This document shows positions 58,518 through 64,000 of a stretch of DNA of 64,000 nt, one piece after another. The position numbers were made by a program, and so were the translations under genes. The notes under the pieces are model-generated. The model saw only the letters and a list, made by a program, of their open reading frames with translations. It did no database searches and was not told the origin of the DNA. Origin of the DNA: a virus; IMG/VR virus record IMGVR_UViG_3300030102_005172, positions 54,053 to 118,052 of that record. One strand, given 5' to 3'. Every line of letters begins with the position of its first letter. The stretch's first letter is position 1.

Positions 58518-60092
58518 TTATAGTAACCAAGTTAAATCTTGCTCATTACCATGTACATCTTTCTGTTTCCAAGGGTCTCTACCAAGGTTTCTATTACTAT
58601 AAACACCTGGTTGATTCCTTTTTATATGGGCTAATGTCGTTCTTGTTAAGTCCATTCCTTGTTGTCTCAACTTTAATGCGGTATCTCTAACCCAAAGACC
58701 TGTTGAGAATGATATTACTAAGTCATCATTGTAACCTCTTTGTGCCTCTGCTCGGGATCCTGACCAAATGAATACGAACAACTCATCAATTAATCTTTTT
58801 GAACGAATTACAGGTGTTCTTTCTCTCATGTATGTATCTAACTTAGATATAACAAGTGGTCTTGTTCTTGATGTCATAGAAAAACCAGGCACCATATCAT
58901 CTTTTCGTTTTAAATCAAAACCTTTTCTTAGATGGATGTCTTCATCTATATAACCCAAGTCTCTATATGAGTAATATAAGTTAGTATAGTTTCTATCAAT
59001 AACTTCTTGTATTACTGCCCAACCAATATTTGCGTTTTCAATTACAAGTAATGCATTGTTCCAATCAGTTGCAACTGAGGTTAGGAATGCACCATATTGT
59101 TTTGTTTCGATTTTACCTTTATATTCAGCAACCTGTTCCACATTCTCGACATCAAAAACATGAAACGCAGAATAGTCAGTAGAATCCCCACGAGCAACAT
59201 CAGCCACAACAACATAGTCACGAGAATAATTAGGATAATCCCATAACCAATAGTTACCATCAAAACCTCTTTTTTCAATAGGGTCTTTAACATGAGTCTC
59301 TTCATACCATTTTAATGTTGAACCTTCTACTACTGTATAACCTGAAGAAATAAAGTCACAATCACATTCTTGTGCTGCACCTTTTTCACCTAACAATTTT
59401 GTTTGTTGTTCTCTCCAACTTTGGTCTCTTTCAGGATGAACTGACCAATGTAATTCTATTGGATTCCATTGTTCACCATTTTGACCTTGTAACCAAACTT
59501 TGTGAAACCAATTACCAACACCATTTGGAGTTGATAAAACTATTGCACCACCACCCGTTGATAATGTTGATTGTGATGAAGTCCAAATGTCTTCTACATT
59601 ATCAATGAATGCCGCCTCATCAATTACAAGTAAAGATAGTGCTTCAGAACGACCAGCGTCACCTGCTGCAGATGTTGCTTTAATTTGAGAACCATTTTTT
59701 AATCGTAATGATAGTTTGTTGTCCTCTTCTGTATTACCCCTTAACCACGATGGTAAGTTTTGGTGCATGAATCTAACTTTAGTAACTAAGTTTTTTGCAA
59801 CTTCTTGTTTAGTTGCGATTACTAAAACATTTTTATCTTCATGAAACAACATAAGCCAGAGTGAATATCCGGCTGATAGTGTTGATATACCTAATTGTCT
59901 TGATTTTAAAATTACATTGAATCTGTTTTCAGATACTGCGTCCATCAAGTCTTCTTGAAAATCATATAGATTAAAAAGAATCTTACCACGAGATGGATGT
60001 TGAATGTAACAATACTTTCTAAAAAAGTATACGGGGTCTTTAGCACATTTAATGTACTCTTCTTTGATGATTTGTTTTATTGGCTTTGCCAT
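58518..60092 (-). CDS. terminase large subunit (gp17-like)
   Basis: KSRQLGIS, LVIDEAAF, STPNG, ADVARG..DYS, IEN.N.G, NDDLV; start placed at MAKPIK. Confidence 0.95.
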   Translation of the reverse strand: MAKPIKQIIKEEYIKCAKDPVYFFRKYCYIQHPSRGKILFNLYDFQEDLMDAVSENRFNVILKSRQLGISTLSAGYSLWLMLFHEDKNVLVIATKQEVAKNLVTKVRFMHQNLPSWLRGNTEEDNKLSLRLKNGSQIKATSAAGDAGRSEALSLLVIDEAAFIDNVEDIWTSSQSTLSTGGGAIVLSTPNGVGNWFHKVWLQGQNGEQWNPIELHWSVHPERDQSWREQQTKLLGEKGAAQECDCDFISSGYTVVEGSTLKWYEETHVKDPIEKRGFDGNYWLWDYPNYSRDYVVVADVARGDSTDYSAFHVFDVENVEQVAEYKGKIETKQYGAFLTSVATDWNNALLVIENANIGWAVIQEVIDRNYTNLYYSYRDLGYIDEDIHLRKGFDLKRKDDMVPGFSMTSRTRPLVISKLDTYMRERTPVIRSKRLIDELFVFIWSGSRAEAQRGYNDDLVISFSTGLWVRDTALKLRQQGMDLTRTTLAHIKRNQPGVYSNRNLGRDPWKQKDVHGNEQDLTWLL

Positions 60093-60096
60093 ACAT

Positions 60097-60717
60097 TTAC
60101 TTTTTATCCCTGTCTTTCTTAAGTGAAATCTTCCAATACATTCTACCAATTATGATTGGTTGAAAATTTTGATTTACACCTAAGCCCAACCCATAAACAT
60201 TATCTCGTTTTGATTTGTAAAGTAAATCACCAGATAAAAAGTTTATTTGAGATTTATTACCACCGAGACTTACCCCGCCAAAGAATTTTGGTTTATTGAG
60301 GTAAATCTCATTAGTAATGGTTGTGGTGGGTATTAATACTTGGGAGTCAAAGTTTCTGCTGAATATCTTATTCTGAGTAATAGTATCAACAATAGTAATG
60401 TAACCCAATGAATCTAACTTAAGAGTATCTTTATAGACATACTTGCTATAATAATCTTTTAAGATTTCAAGGGTATCGATTTTAGATTTCAATACTATTG
60501 TATCTGTAATAGTTTTAGTCTCAATTCTCGTAGTGTATTTTGGTACATAGACTTTTTTCTCTACCGTCAAAGTATCATATCGTGTTTCCACTTTAGTGAT
60601 AACTTTTTCGGTTTCAATAGTCTCACCACCACCACAAGTTTTTAGTAAGAGTAAAATACAGAGGACAATAATTATTAAATTTTGGAGTTTAGTTCCAACA
60701 TTTTTAAATAGTCCCAT
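60097..60717 (-). CDS. membrane-anchored / lipoprotein-like protein (possible lysis or spanin function)
   Basis: Hydrophobic stretch followed by LLLKT-C-GG; C-terminal amphipathic beta strands. Confidence 0.55.
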   Translation of the reverse strand: MGLFKNVGTKLQNLIIIVLCILLLLKTCGGGETIETEKVITKVETRYDTLTVEKKVYVPKYTTRIETKTITDTIVLKSKIDTLEILKDYYSKYVYKDTLKLDSLGYITIVDTITQNKIFSRNFDSQVLIPTTTITNEIYLNKPKFFGGVSLGGNKSQINFLSGDLLYKSKRDNVYGLGLGVNQNFQPIIIGRMYWKISLKKDRDKK

Positions 60718-60737
60718 TACTATGTACTCCTATGAGT

Positions 60738-61079
60738 TTACTTTTTGCTTTTGCCTCTACCTCTGCCTGAACCTGAACCTGAACTTGCTTTACGAGGTTT
60801 TCTGCCTTTTCGGTTTTTACCTTTTGCAGCTGAGACAACATCTTTAGTTTGTTTACCAACTTCTTTTACGGCGTCAGCAACATCACCGAGTTCTTCTTTA
60901 ACTCTTTTTGCTCTTCTTTTTACTTCTTTAGCAACTACCTTAACATCTTCAACTGCGTCTTCAACCTCATCAGGTATGTAGTCACCATCTCTATCGTTAA
61001 TCTTTCCTTGCTTGTAAAAATAATAGTATACACCTGCTCCAACAAGTAGTACACCTAAAATAATTAAAAATGTAGTCAT
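60738..61079 (-). CDS. single-pass membrane protein
   Basis: N-terminal TM helix, DRDGDYIPD loop, coiled coil, basic tail. Confidence 0.7.
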   Translation of the reverse strand: MTTFLIILGVLLVGAGVYYYFYKQGKINDRDGDYIPDEVEDAVEDVKVVAKEVKRRAKRVKEELGDVADAVKEVGKQTKDVVSAAKGKNRKGRKPRKASSGSGSGRGRGKSKK

Positions 61080-61130
61080 AATTTATCCGTTTTTTGATTA
61101 ATGTTTACTAATATAAATATGTAAATAATT

Positions 61131-62144
61131 TTAATTAGTATCTTTTGGTACTTCCCTACAATATTCTACTACTTTTTCTAAAATATCATAGTACTCATCC
61201 TTTCCATGAAGTTGGATGAATTCGTTATTAGCAGAAATTATACCTTCTTTAATACCATCCCATACTTTAAATAGTTCTGGCTCGTTTTCTTTCTCTGCTC
61301 TGTCATAAAAATCTTTTGCACCCCATAAGTGAAATATCTGTTTGTTAAACTCTTCCATAAGAACATTTCCTGGTACATTGTGTTGTTGGTGTTTAAAGTT
61401 TAGTGGATACATATGTGCTTGTGTTAGTGATTGTGGTATCCACGAATCTGCAAGTATCTGTCCCTTTTCATCATGTGTCTCTTGCCAAATCATCGAAGAT
61501 AACAACCATTGTTCCATTGTGATTTGTGCTCCAAACTTATGAGTAAAATCTGATTTGAAATTTTCAAGTTCTTTTACATAACCGCCTGGATTATTTAGAA
61601 CAAATCTAAAGTACTTATCTGTATACTTTTTTAAAAATTCCATGTCTGTAAATGAAACTGCTGCACAATTAAAAGGAGTTGAGTTTACAAAGGATGTAAT
61701 GTCCCAATCAGTCCACTTAAATGCTTTTGGTTTATTTAGTGTAGTTGGAAATGCATAATGTGTTGGTGTTTCTGTATGTAAGAATGATACTTTTGCTCTT
61801 TCTAAAATGTCGTCAGTTATATTATGTAATACTAAGTCGACATCTAACATACAAAATGGTTCTTCTTGATGTTTCATCACCCAAATCTTTGGCGATGACC
61901 AATACTCATCCATGTTAATCTCTACTGCAGGGAATGAATCGAGAACCTCAGTATTCACTTCATCATATAATTTTTCAATTCCGAATTTTTTATATTCTTC
62001 TAATGTTGGTGTATCAACATATAATGATACTTTAGATGTTTTGTTTGAGACTTTGATTTTAATAACACTAAGAATTTGTGTTAGTAACTCTAAATCATTG
62101 AGAGTCCTTCCCTCTCTAAGTCTATACGAGTGGATATACTTCAT
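61131..62144 (-). CDS. putative nucleotide-sugar transferase-like protein (DUF6734-like)
   Basis: LYVD, WSSPKI..QEEPFCMLDVDL (DxD), MEQW, FHLWG. Confidence 0.55.
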   Translation of the reverse strand: MKYIHSYRLREGRTLNDLELLTQILSVIKIKVSNKTSKVSLYVDTPTLEEYKKFGIEKLYDEVNTEVLDSFPAVEINMDEYWSSPKIWVMKHQEEPFCMLDVDLVLHNITDDILERAKVSFLHTETPTHYAFPTTLNKPKAFKWTDWDITSFVNSTPFNCAAVSFTDMEFLKKYTDKYFRFVLNNPGGYVKELENFKSDFTHKFGAQITMEQWLLSSMIWQETHDEKGQILADSWIPQSLTQAHMYPLNFKHQQHNVPGNVLMEEFNKQIFHLWGAKDFYDRAEKENEPELFKVWDGIKEGIISANNEFIQLHGKDEYYDILEKVVEYCREVPKDTN

Positions 62145-62192
62145 AACTTTTTGCTTTTACTTTTATATAAATATTAAAATATTTTTAATGAA

Positions 62193-63917
62193 TTACCAAG
62201 TTCTACAAGCCCAATATCTTGCTTTGTGTCTTGGACCAGGATTATCACAATTGTGTCTTGCTCTAAATGCTTTTCTTCTTTCAGGGTCAGATTTTTTAAT
62301 TCTCATGGTTTTTTCGCCACCCTTACCCTTGTGACCAAAGTTTACTTTTACTACATTACCTTTTGGATTCTTAACATAGACTTTAAACTTTTTAACATCA
62401 CCTTGCATTATCTTACCAAGTTTAACATCACGACCTTGATACTCTGCTTCATTGACATCTGATTTGTATTCTTTCATAAATTCTACAAACTCTTTGACAT
62501 CTTGGTAATTTTCTACATCATATTCTTCGATTGATTCTTTTTTACCTTTTTTACCTTTTGCTTTGTATCCACTTGCGAATGCTGCTCTTCGTTGTGCGTC
62601 ACTTGCAAATCCTTCATAGATAGATTTAAGATACTTTAAAAACTCTCTGTCGTTTTTCATATCTTTAAAATCATCATCTTTAAATACATTCTTGATAAAA
62701 TCTCTTGCGTCTTTAGAATTTTGTCTGATGAGGTCTAAGTTGGAAAATACACCTTCTGCCATTGTAGGTTTGTCTGCAACATTAATTACTTTGTTTTGTT
62801 TAATGTATTCAACTGCGTCTTTGTAATCAACCTTAAATTTATCAGCTAACTTTTTTATATTTTTTGGTGTGAACTGATTAAATTTTAATCTATCTAATAC
62901 TTTATCAAATGCAGATGGAACAAAAAGTGTTTCGTTTACTGATTCTTCAATGTATCCTTGTTTTTTTAAATCTTTTCTAAATGACTCTAAGTCTTTTTTG
63001 TTTTTAAAAATTTTGATACCAAAGAAATCACTTCCGTCTTTGTGTTTTTGTTTGCCATCGTGATAAGAGATTGTATATTTTGATTTACCAATACCATCTT
63101 GTTGTCTAAATCTTTTTTTACCTTCATCAATACCTTTGATTTTCTTTTGGGTCATCATTACTTTGTACCCATCCTTTTTCATATCAGCCATAAACTTTTG
63201 AGCCATCTTTTTATCGGCGTAAGCTGCGAATGCAGGTTTGATAGGTTTAGGTCCTTTTCCGTATGCAACAACAAATGCTTCATTTACTGATTCGTTCTTT
63301 TCTACAAACTTAATAACATCTCTCATAGTTTTTTTACCATTGAATGCCATTTTTTTGTATGCGTCAACATATGATGATGGACCTTCTATTTCTACATAAG
63401 AGGTTTTCATTTTACCTTGTGGATTCATATCGTGATATGCTTTTACACTAACTCTTGGATGACCACTTGGAAATATTCTTTTTAAATCTTTTTGTTGGTC
63501 AGTTATAGATTTGTAAGTATGTTTGTATTTAGCTTCATTTACTGAATCGGACATTCGAGGTTTCGCTACTTTATATGCTACGTTTACCATTTTAGGTAAA
63601 GAAAGTTTACTAAATTTATCTTTGTTAGATTTGTTAATTTTATCATAGACCTGAGTTACTACTGATGCTGACATCAAATCAACTCTCATCATTTTACCAC
63701 TCTTTGGGTCTTTGATTCTTTTGTTTTGTTTTTTATTAACAATATCTCTTAATTGTGAAATTACTTCAGGTTCAGATACTTCGTTTACAAATGACTTTGC
63801 GTAAGGATTGGAAATCACTTTACCTAACTCAGGTGTGAATCCATATTTGTCTTCCATAAATGATTTAACATTTTGGTACTCTTCCTTAATGATGTGTTTG
63901 AGTTGGTTCTTATCCAT
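62193..63917 (-). CDS. modular internal head protein / polyprotein
   Basis: Basic modules separated by (E/D)SVNE-type linkers; C-terminal VNFG..RRKAFRARHNC..KARYWAC domain. Confidence 0.7.
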   Translation of the reverse strand: MDKNQLKHIIKEEYQNVKSFMEDKYGFTPELGKVISNPYAKSFVNEVSEPEVISQLRDIVNKKQNKRIKDPKSGKMMRVDLMSASVVTQVYDKINKSNKDKFSKLSLPKMVNVAYKVAKPRMSDSVNEAKYKHTYKSITDQQKDLKRIFPSGHPRVSVKAYHDMNPQGKMKTSYVEIEGPSSYVDAYKKMAFNGKKTMRDVIKFVEKNESVNEAFVVAYGKGPKPIKPAFAAYADKKMAQKFMADMKKDGYKVMMTQKKIKGIDEGKKRFRQQDGIGKSKYTISYHDGKQKHKDGSDFFGIKIFKNKKDLESFRKDLKKQGYIEESVNETLFVPSAFDKVLDRLKFNQFTPKNIKKLADKFKVDYKDAVEYIKQNKVINVADKPTMAEGVFSNLDLIRQNSKDARDFIKNVFKDDDFKDMKNDREFLKYLKSIYEGFASDAQRRAAFASGYKAKGKKGKKESIEEYDVENYQDVKEFVEFMKEYKSDVNEAEYQGRDVKLGKIMQGDVKKFKVYVKNPKGNVVKVNFGHKGKGGEKTMRIKKSDPERRKAFRARHNCDNPGPRHKARYWACRTW

Positions 63918-63925
63918 GTTAGTCC

Positions 63926-64000
63926 TTAACTTGCGTACTTCATTAATTCTTTAACTTTCTTTTCCATAGCAGGTACTTTGAGTCCGTATGTGTTTGCCAT
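63926..64000 (-). CDS. 3' end of a gene probably starting beyond the window
   Basis: Open frame MANTYGLKVPAMEKKVKELMKYAS* ending 8 nt before the next start. Confidence 0.5.
   Translation of the reverse strand: MANTYGLKVPAMEKKVKELMKYAS

Noticed and set aside
8162-62173. TTTATA motif as an archaeal TATA box (archaeal host)
   Set aside because: bS21, bacterial RecA, DnaB-type helicase and Bacteroidota-type promoters indicate a bacterial host
665-63290. All plus-strand ORFs in the track
   Set aside because: Antisense to well-supported genes, biased composition, no motifs
1-64000. tRNA genes, introns or stop-codon reassignment
   Set aside because: No cloverleaf seen in the short intergenic gaps; core genes are uninterrupted and full-length in the standard code

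Overview
A 64-kb AT-rich fragment of a large T4-like (contractile-tail) dsDNA phage, with all credible genes on the minus strand. In transcription order (right to left) it encodes internal head proteins, terminase, portal, prohead protease, ribosomal protein bS21, scaffold, major capsid protein and PhoH. Next come fibre/adhesin genes, two very long collagen-like proteins with N-terminal Hint domains, a 2OG-Fe(II) oxygenase, a GT2 and a GT4-lysyl-hydroxylase fusion. Then follow neck, sheath, tube, tail chaperone, tape measure and baseplate genes, and a replication block (mini PolA, SSB, RecA, 5'-3' exonuclease, helicase, NrdBA, thioredoxin, a GT). TTTG-N19/20-TAnnTT(A/T)(G/A) promoters point to a Bacteroidota host. 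Two candidate systems stand out. (1) A phage 'procollagen' pathway: apparently self-cleaving Hint pro-domains on roughly 1000-residue Gly-X-Y chains, next to a PLOD-like lysyl hydroxylase and glycosyltransferases. (2) A possible translational switch: a phage bS21 that appears to lack the anti-SD-sequestering Tyr, with strong Shine-Dalgarno sites mostly on virion genes. All calls come from reading motifs by eye; no database search was run.
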